Positions 19,358-28,844 of a DNA stretch of 64,000 nt are shown piece by piece. Below the pieces are notes generated by a model. The model did no database searches and had not been told where the DNA came from. It saw only the letters and a program-made list of their open reading frames with translations. Every line of letters begins with the position of its first letter. The stretch's first letter is position 1. This stretch comes from an uncultured virus (IMG/VR IMGVR_UViG_2873337989_000001) (lineage: Duplodnaviria > Heunggongvirae > Uroviricota > Caudoviricetes): IMG/VR virus record IMGVR_UViG_2873337989_000001, one strand, 5' to 3'. A program made the translations under genes and the position numbers.

Positions 19358-20440
19358 ATGACCCTTGTCGATTGGATCGCGCTCATCCTGCTGTGGGGCG
19401 CCGCGATCTCCCGAATCCGCCCGGCCGTGACCTCCTACTCGCAGAGGATGCTGTGGGCGGCGTTCACAGGCCTGGCCTTATCCAGGGTGTTCACCGCTGC
19501 CCCGATCGTGGCCTGGCTTGACGCGACGACCGGCATGGAGGTGGCCACCCTGGCCCGCCACATCACCGGCCTCGCATCCGCGACCTGCCTCCTCGCCTAC
19601 GTGGAGGTCATCACCCGCCGCGACCTTCCCTCTCGCGCCCGCTGGATCTGGCCCACCGCCCTCATTGTGATCAGCGTCCTGACCACCATGTTCATCCTGC
19701 GAGGCGGCCGAATCTACTGGGTGGACGGCGCCCACGCCCCCGCCGGCGGCACGTCGACCGCGGGCCGCGCCTACCTTGCCGTGTTCGACGGCTGGCTCAT
19801 CATCTGCCTGGCCGCGGCCGGGGTGATGTTCGCCCGGTTCCTGCGGGTCGCGCCACCGCTCCTGCGCGTCGGCCTGGCCCTGTCCACGATGGGCATGGCG
19901 GCCGGGGTCATCAACCGTGGCCAGGTGATGGTGGTGAACGTCGCCCACCTGATCAACTCGGACACCACGTGGGGGGAGTGGTCTGTGCTGGGCCGGACGA
20001 GCTTCCTGCTGTGCATCGTCGGTATCACGGCGGGAACCTCCATCCCGGCCTACCGGGCGCTGAAGGCTCGCATGCGGCTTGCCCGCGATCTGTCGGAGCT
20101 GCGGCCCCTATGGCAGGCGCTCGTCGACCAGTACCCCGGCATCTCGCTCGGTATGAAGGGCACCCTCGGCGCTCGCCGGGTACGGCGCGTCCTCGAAATC
20201 CGCGACGGCATGCTGTCTCTCACCTCCGTCGAGGAGCCGCCGGCCACAGAGGAGCCGCGCGAGGTGGCCGCGTGGGTCGCCGAGGCGCTGGCCGTCGCCC
20301 GTGCGGGTCGCGCCCCGGGTGTTCCTTCTGGGAAGATCCCTGGGCCCGATTTCGCCGGCGATGTGGAGATGGAGACGGTATGGCTGCGCGCGGTGGCGGC
20401 ACAGTTCAAGCTGGAGAGAGCCGCGCAGCGCGTGCGGTGA
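19358..20440 (+). CDS. MAB_1171c-like multi-pass membrane protein
   Basis: About 7 TM segments then LRPLWQAL...RRVLEIRDG; usual partner of XRE plus HExxH genes in actinomycetes. Confidence 0.75.
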   Translation: MTLVDWIALILLWGAAISRIRPAVTSYSQRMLWAAFTGLALSRVFTAAPIVAWLDATTGMEVATLARHITGLASATCLLAYVEVITRRDLPSRARWIWPTALIVISVLTTMFILRGGRIYWVDGAHAPAGGTSTAGRAYLAVFDGWLIICLAAAGVMFARFLRVAPPLLRVGLALSTMGMAAGVINRGQVMVVNVAHLINSDTTWGEWSVLGRTSFLLCIVGITAGTSIPAYRALKARMRLARDLSELRPLWQALVDQYPGISLGMKGTLGARRVRRVLEIRDGMLSLTSVEEPPATEEPREVAAWVAEALAVARAGRAPGVPSGKIPGPDFAGDVEMETVWLRAVAAQFKLERAAQRVR

Positions 20441-20991
20441 CGGAGGTGTTCGCACCCGCGCATCTGGTGATCGGGTTGCCGCTCGCGGTGGGCGCGATCT
20501 CGTCGGGCTGGGCGGGCCTCGGCTGGGGTGCGCTCGCGGCCGCCCTGTGCGGCGGCATCCCCGCGGGCGTGATCGCCCTGGGCGTGAAGTCCGGCAGGTT
20601 CGGGAACCGTCACATCACCACCAGGTCGGAGCGGCCGAAGCTGATCGCCGTGATCGTCGCCCTGGTGGTGGCGGCGCTCGTCCTGCTGGCCGTGTTGGGC
20701 GCCCCGATGGTGATGGTGGCGTGCGTCGCCATCATGCTGGCCACGCTCGCCGTGGTGGGCCCGATCACCCTCGTGTGGAAGATCTCGTTCCACACGGCGG
20801 TCGCGGCCGGCTCCGTGGTGATGCTCGCCAAGCTGCTGCCCGCCGTGCCGGTGTGGGTGCTCGGCGGGCTGGTGGTGGCGGCGATCGGGTGGTCGAGAGT
20901 AGCGATCAACGACCACACCGCGGCGCAGGTATCTGCGGGCGCGGTGGCGGGTGCAGCGGCTTCCTGGCTGACGCTCGCGGTGCTCCTATAG
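20437..20991 (+). CDS. PAP2-like membrane protein
   Basis: WKISFH, WSRV...HT..QV; highly hydrophobic; GTGA coupling. Confidence 0.72.
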   Translation: MTEVFAPAHLVIGLPLAVGAISSGWAGLGWGALAAALCGGIPAGVIALGVKSGRFGNRHITTRSERPKLIAVIVALVVAALVLLAVLGAPMVMVACVAIMLATLAVVGPITLVWKISFHTAVAAGSVVMLAKLLPAVPVWVLGGLVVAAIGWSRVAINDHTAAQVSAGAVAGAAASWLTLAVLL

Positions 20992-21711
20992 CTCGGCAGC
21001 AGTCGCTCATAGCTGCCCCCGGCGGCACGCCCAATCTGGTGTCCACAACATCGTACGGGAGTTCGATCGACTGAAGATGCTTGCGCCGTTCTCGGCGGGG
21101 AGCTCGCGCAAGACGTCGGCTTCCCCGCAACGCCAGTCTCTTCGGAGCAGGTGCCCCGCGGGTCCCGTTCGGGCGAACGCGTTCACCCTCTTGGGGCTGT
21201 CTGGCCCCGCCTCCGAGGTGGGCTCGGCGGGCGGCATGGCCATGGACCACGCGCCGCTCAAGGTCATGGAGAAGGTTTCGCGTTCAGAGCCTGCACGAGC
21301 TTTGCTGCGAGGTCAGAGGACCGAGGGCCGAAGGAAGTCGTCGGCTTCTTCGCCGACTACATCACCGAATACAGCCTTAGGATCGACAACCTATTAGCAG
21401 GTCCGAGCCTCCTGAGGGCGAATTGATACAGGTCAGAAGGTTATAGCTTCGGGCGCCCGTTCAGATGACAGGCCGCCCAACTACGGCGCTCACACTCTGT
21501 CGCTCCGCCGTACTAGCGTTGGATACGACGAAAGGGCCCCCAGCCGTGCCATCGGCTCGAAGCCCTTCTCGTCGCACTCAACACCGACCCCTGGAAGGAG
21601 GCCCGACGTGCTAAATGCCTGTACCTATCAACTCCAGGCTATCCATGCGCGTGGGGTGCCGCAACGGCGGCGCACTCCTTCCGGGGCCGGTCCGACCCGT
21701 ATGGAGATTTC

Positions 21712-21897
21712 TTGCCCAACACGACCGACCAGTCCCCGCCTGCGACCCCGCCGCCCGGTGACGGCTTCTGGGTCTCCTCGAACGCCCTGCGGATCCTCGT
21801 CAAGGGCGCCATCGGGCTCGGCGTGGTGTATCTGGTCATCCGCGTGGGTGCCGATCCCGCGATCCTCGGCCCCATCCTGAGGTCCTTCAAGCTCTGA
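21712..21897 (+). CDS. small single-TM protein
   Basis: GGAG RBS plus TTG; hydrophobic core ILVKGAIGLGVVYLVI. Confidence 0.55.
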   Translation: MPNTTDQSPPATPPPGDGFWVSSNALRILVKGAIGLGVVYLVIRVGADPAILGPILRSFKL

Positions 21898-22028
21898 CCT
21901 CATATCCCCCATCGTCTAGCGCTGGCGGCCGTCCTTCCAGGGCGGCCGCCAGCGGCATGTCACGGCCGGATGCCGAGTTCGCGTTCGAGCAATGCCGACG
22001 TCACGCGACCTGGCGAGGACATGAGCTT

Positions 22029-22709
22029 CTACGGGAAGGTGCCGCCGCTCACGGGGGGAATGCCGCCCTGACCGCTTACTGGAGCGGATGCTGCAGGAGC
22101 GGTGAAGCTGTTGGCGAGGTACTCCATCTCGTAGACCATGCGGAGCAACTGTTCGGTGAAGCTCAAGGTCATCTCGGCCCGGCTCCGGTCGGGCGTGGGC
22201 AGCTCGTGCGTCGCGTGGTTGCCGTGCTGGCGGATCATGTCCACCCACTTCTTCATCGGCGGAGTGATGTAGCCGAGGTTCTCCAGCGCCGTCAGGTACT
22301 GCACGAACGGCTTACCAGCTGGCTCGCCCTTATCCACGGCCACATACATAAGGATCTTGCGACACATGAGCTCGCACGACGTATAGCAGTTGGCGCCGGC
22401 CGCTTGCCGTGCCTCCGAATAGGCATCCGCTACCGCCTTCGGAAGTCCCTGGAGTTGCGATCCGGGCACGACGTTCGGGTACTGATAGCGGCGTTGGTTG
22501 ACCACCATCCCCAGGTGGCATGTCGGGCACCGCAGCCAATGCACCCACGGAAAGCCGGTGGCATGCTCCGGCGCACTGGCGATCACAGCCGCGCCCACCT
22601 GGTCGCCACAGTTGCCGCATCTGATGCTCATGTGAGCTTCGGGGTCGGCCCTGTCCTTGTATTCGAAATGACGCACGTCTCCGTGCCCAGCGCCGTCGTA
22701 CTGGTACAC
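22029..22709 (-). CDS. DUF4145 (HEPN-like) domain protein with N-terminal zinc ribbon
   Basis: CGNC...CPTC; AYSEA...MCRKIL...IRQHGNHATH. Confidence 0.75.
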   Translation of the reverse strand: MYQYDGAGHGDVRHFEYKDRADPEAHMSIRCGNCGDQVGAAVIASAPEHATGFPWVHWLRCPTCHLGMVVNQRRYQYPNVVPGSQLQGLPKAVADAYSEARQAAGANCYTSCELMCRKILMYVAVDKGEPAGKPFVQYLTALENLGYITPPMKKWVDMIRQHGNHATHELPTPDRSRAEMTLSFTEQLLRMVYEMEYLANSFTAPAASAPVSGQGGIPPVSGGTFP

Positions 22710-22834
22710 GATGAGCCTCCTTCAGCCTCAGCCGCGCGCCCCCAGTGAACGCGAAGCCTTAAATCGTCCCACGACCTTGAACACGCCATCCCCCACGTTG
22801 CACGGATTGAGGGGATTCGTGGTTACGCACCTGC

Positions 22835-23161
22835 TCACCCAGCGCCTGCCCCATTGTGGGCGCCCTCCTCGAGGAGCAGACCTTCGTCCGTAAGGACGAG
22901 ATCACGGCCGCCGTTCGCGTGGGTGGTTTTATCCACGCAGCCGGTGACGAGCAGCCCGCGGTGGGCCTGGAGCTCGCGAGTGGCGGCCGCCGTGGCGGGC
23001 CCGTACCGGCCGTCGACGGTGACCGTGTAGCCGAGCTGACTGAGGCGGGCCTGCCAGGCTTCGACGTCAGGACCGCGCATGACCTGCCTGCCCTTCACGT
23101 AGACGAGGGGCCGCGACCAGGTAGCGGGTGCGCTGGTGGCCATGGTGGAGGGTTCTCCCAT
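22835..23161 (-). CDS. peptidoglycan-binding domain protein
   Basis: GPDVEAWQARLSQLGY...VDGRYGPATAAATRELQ...L.VTG.VD. Confidence 0.8.
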   Translation of the reverse strand: MGEPSTMATSAPATWSRPLVYVKGRQVMRGPDVEAWQARLSQLGYTVTVDGRYGPATAAATRELQAHRGLLVTGCVDKTTHANGGRDLVLTDEGLLLEEGAHNGAGAG

Positions 23162-23182
23162 CGGTTCGTGCGGTCGAGGAGG

Positions 23183-23989
23183 TTAGAAGCCAGCGCGCCA
23201 GGTGTTCGGGCCGACGATCCCGTCCGGGACCTCACCCGCGGCACGCTGAAGGACGATGGTCGCGGCGCGCGTCATCTTGCCGAACTTGCCGTCGACGTCG
23301 ATCGTGTAGCCGCGCTTGCGCAGCATGCGCTGCCACTGGGCGACGTCAGCGCCGCTCATGAGCGCGTCGGGCTTGTAGGCCAGGTACCGGCCTGGCCACG
23401 CGGACTGCTTTCCCGTGGACGGCGGCTTGGCGGGTGGTTTCGGTGTCTGGCCGCCCGGCGTGCCGGGGCCGGCACCGCCTCCTGGGCGGGGTGCGCCGTC
23501 CTTCACCCAGTCGTAGAGGGGCTTTCCGGGGCAGCTGGTGGAGAAGCCGTCGCGGTGGCCGCGGATCTCGTTGCCTGCGCGGCCGTGGGCACGCAGGTAG
23601 TCGATGGCGTCGCGGATACCGTGCAGGAGGCCGGGGTTGGGCTGGGTGAAGCCGGAGGAGCCGACGAGGGCGAGCACACTGTAGTGCTGGCTGTTGAGTC
23701 CGGCGCCGTTGGCTGCGGTCAGTTTGTGGGGGCCGCGTCCTTCGAACACCTTGCGGTGCGGGCAGGCGGCCATGCTGTAGGCGAGGTCCATCCAGCCGTT
23801 GCCGTCCATGTGGTGGTTCTGAAATCCCTGGACGAGCCGCACGCAGATGGCGTGGTCGTGGACGATCGAGGCGGGGACGACGCCGCCGGTGTAGTGGACC
23901 TTGGCGCCTCGGGTGGAGTTGATCGGGGTGTAAGCGCCCTTGGGGCGGCGGGCGTTCCACTCGTTGCGGGTGATCAGGTCGATGGCCAT
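23183..23989 (-). CDS. endolysin: N-acetylmuramoyl-L-alanine amidase with C-terminal PG-binding domain
   Basis: VHYTG, FQNHHMDGNGWMDLAY, FEGRG, GHRD..TSCPG; C-terminal DGKFG...DGIVGPNTW. Confidence 0.9.
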   Translation of the reverse strand: MAIDLITRNEWNARRPKGAYTPINSTRGAKVHYTGGVVPASIVHDHAICVRLVQGFQNHHMDGNGWMDLAYSMAACPHRKVFEGRGPHKLTAANGAGLNSQHYSVLALVGSSGFTQPNPGLLHGIRDAIDYLRAHGRAGNEIRGHRDGFSTSCPGKPLYDWVKDGAPRPGGGAGPGTPGGQTPKPPAKPPSTGKQSAWPGRYLAYKPDALMSGADVAQWQRMLRKRGYTIDVDGKFGKMTRAATIVLQRAAGEVPDGIVGPNTWRAGF

Positions 23990-24023
23990 GCAGTCCCTCC
24001 CGTGCCGCTCCAGGTCGGTCGGG

Positions 24024-24052
24024 AGGATGCCGGGTTCGGGGGTTAGTGTCGC
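24024..24052 (-). promoter_or_regulatory. class-II promoter motif upstream of the endolysin
   Basis: GCGACACTAACC-N11-CATCCT on the minus strand. Confidence 0.6.
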
Positions 24053-24149
24053 CTCGGACGCGGCGGCGGTGGTCTGGGCGGGACCTTCGCGGGGATCGCG
24101 GTCATGCGTTTCGCTGGCGATGATGCCCGAGCGCAGATCCGTAAGGCGC

Positions 24150-24185
24150 AGCCCCTGACGCCCTCGGTGGAGAGCGTCAGGGGCT
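24150..24185. terminator. hairpin, probable terminator
   Basis: AGCCCCTGACGCCCTC-GGTG-GAGAGCGTCAGGGGCT. Confidence 0.55.
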
Positions 24186-24442
24186 AGGTGTGCCGTATCT
24201 GCGCCCCGGCCGGCCAGACGAGCCCGGTCCTCGCGTCTCTCGTCGCTTTGACGCGCGGTGAGGCTGTGCTGGCGGCCGTTCCCACGACAGGGACACGGCG
24301 TCTGACGGACTGTAGTGGATCGCTACGCGCTGAAGCCAGCAGCGGGGCCGGGGGCACGCTGGCCGGAGTGCCGGTCGCCGTGGCCACGAAACAGATCAGC
24401 GCCCGCCATACCTGGCGGGCGCTGTGGTGCTCCTCGGTGTGG

Positions 24443-24862
24443 CTATCGCCTGGCGGCGAAGTCGGCCTTGGAGGTGAGGGGCGCGGTACCCACGACGGTC
24501 AGGCCGCGCTCGCGGGCGAGGGTCTCCAGGTCGGCGAGGCCCTTCGCGGTGTAGACGTGGCCGATCGTCTCATAGTGCCCGTGGGTGTTGGTGGCGATGA
24601 GTACCCACTTGCCGCCTCCCTCCCCCGGCGCGGGGGCGGCCTCCGCGACGGCGGGCGACTGGGCGGGGAGCAGGTCGGCGGGGCATCCGAGTGCGGCGGC
24701 GTGCGGGGCGCACAGGCCGTACCGCCAAGGCCCTGCGGGTGTGGTCTCGTTGACGGCGGCGATGACCGAGTCGCTGGTGCACGCGGTGGGGGTGGTGCGA
24801 CTGCACTGCCAGCCGCCGCGCTCGTAGGGGCGGAGTGGGGCGAAGCGGGTGATGGTGGTCAT
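24443..24862 (-). CDS. hypothetical protein
   Basis: GGAG RBS; MTTITRFAPL...; Cys/His motif. Confidence 0.6.
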   Translation of the reverse strand: MTTITRFAPLRPYERGGWQCSRTTPTACTSDSVIAAVNETTPAGPWRYGLCAPHAAALGCPADLLPAQSPAVAEAAPAPGEGGGKWVLIATNTHGHYETIGHVYTAKGLADLETLARERGLTVVGTAPLTSKADFAARR

Positions 24863-24864
24863 GG

Positions 24865-25125
24865 TCAGGCTCCGATCCGGGCGCGCTTGATGTCGATGAC
24901 GGTTCTGCAGGAGCAGCACATGTAGAGGCCGTCCCGGTCGGTGCCGGGGGGCAGGGTGATCGTGGGGTCGTTGGGGGCGTACTCGAAGCCGGAGCCCTCG
25001 GGGGTGTTGTTGCACGGCCCGGCGCACTTCAGGGCGTCCCACTGATCGATGACCACGGTGGGGTAGGCGCGCCGCTCGCTGATCTCGTGGACGCGTGTGG
25101 GGATGACGATCTCGGGGGTGCTCAT
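24865..25125 (-). CDS. hypothetical zinc-binding protein
   Basis: CAGPC...CCSC. Confidence 0.6.
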   Translation of the reverse strand: MSTPEIVIPTRVHEISERRAYPTVVIDQWDALKCAGPCNNTPEGSGFEYAPNDPTITLPPGTDRDGLYMCCSCRTVIDIKRARIGA

Positions 25126-25194
25126 GGTGGTCTTTCGGAGGAGTTCGGAGGGTTGGTGTGGGCCCCCGCCCGGTGTGGGCGGGGGTGGGGTGGT

Positions 25195-25878
25195 TCAGAG
25201 GCGGCGCATGGTGTCGACGAAGTCGGTGGCGGTGGGCGCGTTCGTCTTGCCGCTGGTGATCTCCAGGACGTGCAGGGTGTTCATTCGCGCCCGGTGGCGG
25301 GCCAGGCTCTCCAACTGGACGACGTTGGCGAACCGCCAGGAGTCGGGCAGGTCGTCGGCGCGGACGAGTTCGCCGATGATGGGCGCGTCGTCGGGCTGCT
25401 GTGTAGAGCAGAAGGGGTGGCAGTCCTCGCTCTCCTGGGCTCCGCAGTCCGCGCAGCCCGCCAGGTCGGGGTAGGCGTCGGCGTAGCGGGTGCGGGCGGT
25501 GTCGAGGATGTGGGTGAAGCGGGGGTTGTTGTCGCCGTAGGCGGGGGTGGTGAGCCAGGCGCGCAGGCTGCTGACCGACACCATGGGGGTGAGGTGGGCA
25601 GGGAATCCGGCGGCGATGGCGGTGGCCACGATGCTGGTGTCGGTGAGGTAGTCGAGCCAGGCGCGGGCGATGCGGCCGAGCTCCTTGATCTCGGGCAGTT
25701 CGTGGCCGGTGGGGAGTCCGGCGAGGGTTGCGCCGGTGAGGTAGGCGTCGCGGGCGTCGCGGAGGTACTTGGCCAGCATGGGGTAGCGGGCGGCGACCAT
25801 GGGGACGACTTCGGCCTTGGCCTGGTATTCGCGGCCGTTGGAGACGGCGGCGGCGATCTTGTTGAGGGTGCTGGTCAT
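25195..25878 (-). CDS. hypothetical protein with CADC...CHPFC motif
   Basis: AGGAG RBS; directly behind class-I promoter copy 1. Confidence 0.72.
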   Translation of the reverse strand: MTSTLNKIAAAVSNGREYQAKAEVVPMVAARYPMLAKYLRDARDAYLTGATLAGLPTGHELPEIKELGRIARAWLDYLTDTSIVATAIAAGFPAHLTPMVSVSSLRAWLTTPAYGDNNPRFTHILDTARTRYADAYPDLAGCADCGAQESEDCHPFCSTQQPDDAPIIGELVRADDLPDSWRFANVVQLESLARHRARMNTLHVLEITSGKTNAPTATDFVDTMRRL

Positions 25879-25911
25879 GGGGGTCTCCTGGGGCTGGTTG
25901 GTGGTGGTGGA

Positions 25912-25972
25912 GGGGACCGCAACCCCTCCGCCTCACGCTTTAAACTGTAGGGGTTATTTACTTGATTGGCAA
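25912..25972 (-). promoter_or_regulatory. class-I repeated promoter/leader cassette, copy 1
   Basis: TTGCCA-N17-TACAGT...GGAGGGG-TTGCGGT-CCCCTCC. Confidence 0.8.
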
Positions 25973-26030
25973 GTGGGGTGGGGATCTTCATCCCTGCCCG
26001 CGCCACCCGTGAGCGGTGCGGGCGCGAGGG

Positions 26031-26291
26031 CTACTCGGGGCAGTGGGGGCAGATCTCCGGCTCGTAGCCCTCGGGGCTGAGGTAGACGTTCACGCCCGCC
26101 TCGGCGCAGACGAACGCGACGGGGTCGGCCTGGCAGCAGCCGGTGTAGGCGCTCCCGGCGAGGTTCTCGTGGAGGGCCGGGTGGCGTAGGCCGCAGGTGG
26201 GACAAGCGGGGTCGGCGTGGGGTGTGAACGGGGGCTCACAGCGGCGCACGCGTGCCGGGAGGGTGGGGGCCTGGGGCAGGGCGAGGGTCAC
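26031..26291 (-). CDS. Cys-rich hypothetical protein
   Basis: CPTC, CC, CPHC; AAGGA RBS. Confidence 0.55.
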   Translation of the reverse strand: MTLALPQAPTLPARVRRCEPPFTPHADPACPTCGLRHPALHENLAGSAYTGCCQADPVAFVCAEAGVNVYLSPEGYEPEICPHCPE

Positions 26292-26377
26292 CGGGGGTCC
26301 TTGTTGGAGAGGGTTCCTGGGGCTTGTGATGGCGCGGGGCGGGCGGCCCGCATGCTGCCCGCCTCGCGCGTTTGCGG

Positions 26378-26644
26378 CTAACGGCCGCCGCAGTCCTCAC
26401 AGACGGCGATCTCCTCGCCGGAGGCGTAGGTGGTCGGCTGGTCGGTGACCTTGGCCTGGCACACCTCGCAGAGGCGGACGTCGCCGGTGGCGATCGCTTC
26501 GTCGATCAGGTCGAGGAGTTCACCCTGGGTGGTGATGGCGGCGTACCACCATCCCCGGTCGGTGAGCAGGTCGGCGGCGAGTTGGACGGCGTGGCCGGTC
26601 AGGGTGGCCGCGATGCCGGTCGGCTCGATCGCGAGGGTGGTCAT
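26378..26644 (-). CDS. hypothetical zinc-ribbon protein
   Basis: AGGAGG RBS; CEVC...CEDC; behind class-I promoter copy 2. Confidence 0.7.
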   Translation of the reverse strand: MTTLAIEPTGIAATLTGHAVQLAADLLTDRGWWYAAITTQGELLDLIDEAIATGDVRLCEVCQAKVTDQPTTYASGEEIAVCEDCGGR

Positions 26645-26669
26645 GTGCGCCTCCTGGGTGTTTGGGCTG

Positions 26670-26729
26670 GGGGACCGCAACCCCCTGCCTCACACTTAAA
26701 AGTGTAGGGGATGTTTATTCTTATGTCCA
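26670..26729 (-). promoter_or_regulatory. class-I cassette, copy 2
   Basis: TGGACA-N17-TACACT...GGGGG-TTGCGGT-CCCCC. Confidence 0.8.
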
Positions 26730-26837
26730 CCCAAGGTGTTGATCTCCCGCTGGAGGCTGGCCAGCCACTTCCCGATCCTTCGCTGAGCTGGGAAAACGAG
26801 GACTTCTAGATCTCCTGCGACGGTCCGCTCCACCCGA

Positions 26838-26897
26838 TTGCCAAGATGGTAAACATGCCCTACAGTTTTAAGTGTGAACGGAGGGGTTGCGGTCCCC
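26838..26897 (+). promoter_or_regulatory. class-I cassette, copy 3
   Basis: TTGCCA(26838)-N17-TACAGT(26861)...GGAGGGG-TTGCGGT-CCCCTCC. Confidence 0.8.
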
Positions 26898-26925
26898 TCC
26901 GCCACCCAACCCAGGAAGGACCAAC

Positions 26926-27831
26926 ATGGTCTCCATCAGGGCATACGCCCTCACGGGCATCGTCGCCCTCGCGGCACTGCTCACCCCCGCCACCGCCCAC
27001 GCGAGCAACGGCGGCAGCATCACCAGCCCGACCGGCGGCGACACCGTCAAGGCCGGGACGGCGGTCACCATCACCGGCGACGTCGCCAACGTGTGCGACG
27101 CACGCATCACCGTCACCCCGCCCACCGGCGGCAAGGTAACCGTCGCGACGGCCCCCGCTGACCCGACATGCCAGCCCGCCAGCCTGGCGGGCACCTACAC
27201 GCCCACCACGCCGGGCAGCTACACCCTGACCCTCGCGGCAGGCAAGGGCGCGGAGATCGACACGGTGACCTTCACGGCCACCGCGCCGCCCTCCCCCACC
27301 CCTTCGCCCACCAGCGCGCCCGTGGAGTCCTCCGCGCCGCCCACGGACACCCCCGCCACGAGTACGCCGGATCCTACGGACACGCCGAGCAGCCAGCCGA
27401 GCGTCACCACCACGGTCAGGATTCCGATCAAGAAGACTGCGCCGAAGGCGTCGGCCACCCCGACCGCCAAGCCCGTCAAGGCCGTGCCTGCCCCCACGGT
27501 CACGGTGACCGCCACCGCGCCCGCTCCGGCCATTGTGGTCGCCCCTCCCGCCCAGGCCCCGGTGTCGGCCGCGCCGACGATCGAGCCGGACACGGAGCTG
27601 AGCATGGAGCCGGTTGAGCCGGTGGTCGCGCCCGTGGCGAGCGCCTCGCCGACCAGCTCGGCGGGCGCGCCGATCGACCCGGTCGCGATGACCACGGTCG
27701 GCGACGTGAGCGGCATGGGCGTGGCGTTCAGCGCGATCGGCAACGTGGTGCTGCCGATCGCCGGGATTCTCGCCCTGGCGTACGCCTGGATGGCTCGCCG
27801 CCCGGCGGGCCGCCACGGCGACAAGGAGTAG
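26926..27831 (+). CDS. secreted, membrane-anchored surface protein (beta-rich domain, Pro/Thr stalk, C-terminal TM)
   Basis: Signal peptide ending AHA, two Cys, PT-rich linker, TM helix then basic tail. Confidence 0.78.
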   Translation: MVSIRAYALTGIVALAALLTPATAHASNGGSITSPTGGDTVKAGTAVTITGDVANVCDARITVTPPTGGKVTVATAPADPTCQPASLAGTYTPTTPGSYTLTLAAGKGAEIDTVTFTATAPPSPTPSPTSAPVESSAPPTDTPATSTPDPTDTPSSQPSVTTTVRIPIKKTAPKASATPTAKPVKAVPAPTVTVTATAPAPAIVVAPPAQAPVSAAPTIEPDTELSMEPVEPVVAPVASASPTSSAGAPIDPVAMTTVGDVSGMGVAFSAIGNVVLPIAGILALAYAWMARRPAGRHGDKE

Positions 27832-27984
27832 CCCCTGCTGGTGCCCCGGCTACGGCCGGGGCGCCCCCTCCGCTCCCGAGGTTGGGGCGCGCCGAGGTGA
27901 GGGCATGTCCCGTGGATTCGCCCTGGTCACAGCCAGGCTCAGGGCGCGGTGAGCGTCCACCCCAGCGTTGTCGATCCCACCCAC

Positions 27985-28044
27985 TTGCCAGGAAAGTAAA
28001 CAGCCCCTACACTTTTAAGTGTGAAACAGGGGGTTGCGGTCCCC
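27985..28044 (+). promoter_or_regulatory. class-I cassette, copy 4
   Basis: TTGCCA(27985)-N17-TACACT...GGGGG-TTGCGGT-CCCCC. Confidence 0.8.
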
Positions 28045-28072
28045 CAGCCCCGGAAAGCCCCAGGAGGTACAA

Positions 28073-28399
28073 ATGATCACCAGCAGGAACCTGGCCCAGC
28101 AGCTCGCCGAAGACCTGCACGTCGCGGTCGCCCTCGGCGAGTACACCGTCGAGAACGCACTCCGCGCCCTCGACATCCTCACCGCCTTCGGCGACGTCGA
28201 GCAGCTCCACATCTACCGGGCCGCCGACCCCATGGGCCAGGCCAACTCCTGGACCCGCCTCCAGGACGGCACCATCCGCCCCGAGTGGGGCAACGCCCGC
28301 AAGATCTGGAACCACCAGCACGGCCCTCAGAAGGGCGTGAAGGTCCTCCCGGACCTGATCAACACCTGGGGCTACGAGATCGCCCACTTCGCCCAGTAG
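28073..28399 (+). CDS. hypothetical protein
   Basis: AGGAGG RBS; GC3-rich codons. Confidence 0.75.
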   Translation: MITSRNLAQQLAEDLHVAVALGEYTVENALRALDILTAFGDVEQLHIYRAADPMGQANSWTRLQDGTIRPEWGNARKIWNHQHGPQKGVKVLPDLINTWGYEIAHFAQ

Positions 28400-28464
28400 G
28401 ACGCTCCACTGCCCGCCCCGCCCCGGGGCGGGCCCCTCTCCCTTCACGAGAAAGCAACCCTTCT

Positions 28465-28782
28465 ATGAGCATCTCGACCCGCACCGATATCGCCGAGTAC
28501 ACGGTCACTGTCACCGTCCGCGACGTCGCCGCCCTGACCGACTACGCCAGCAAGACGTTCGTCCCGGATCAGGTCGAAGTCCGCTGGATGCGGCGGCAGG
28601 AAGAGCAGTGGCGGCGCTGGATCACGGTCTCCGGCCCGCTGCTGCGGAAGGACGGCAGCACCGGCGTCCGCCGTACCGAGCGCTGCCACACCCCCACCAC
28701 CCGCGAAGAGTGGTGGCTGCCCGCCGAGTACCAGGAGCTGGCCGACTCCACCCGGCCCGACCACTTCCCCCTCCCCGCCTGA
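28465..28782 (+). CDS. hypothetical protein
   Basis: MSISTRTDIAEY...; flanked by intergenic hairpins. Confidence 0.65.
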   Translation: MSISTRTDIAEYTVTVTVRDVAALTDYASKTFVPDQVEVRWMRRQEEQWRRWITVSGPLLRKDGSTGVRRTERCHTPTTREEWWLPAEYQELADSTRPDHFPLPA

Positions 28783-28844
28783 CCGCGCCCTCCTCGGGCG
28801 CGGCCGTCCGTACCGGCCGCGCCCCGCCCCCGACAGGAAGACCC

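Noticed and set aside
25912..28044. Class-I repeats as CRISPR repeats, attC sites or IS ends
   Set aside because: Spacing is irregular, both orientations occur, and each copy sits at -35/-10 geometry before a start codon; no transposase is present.
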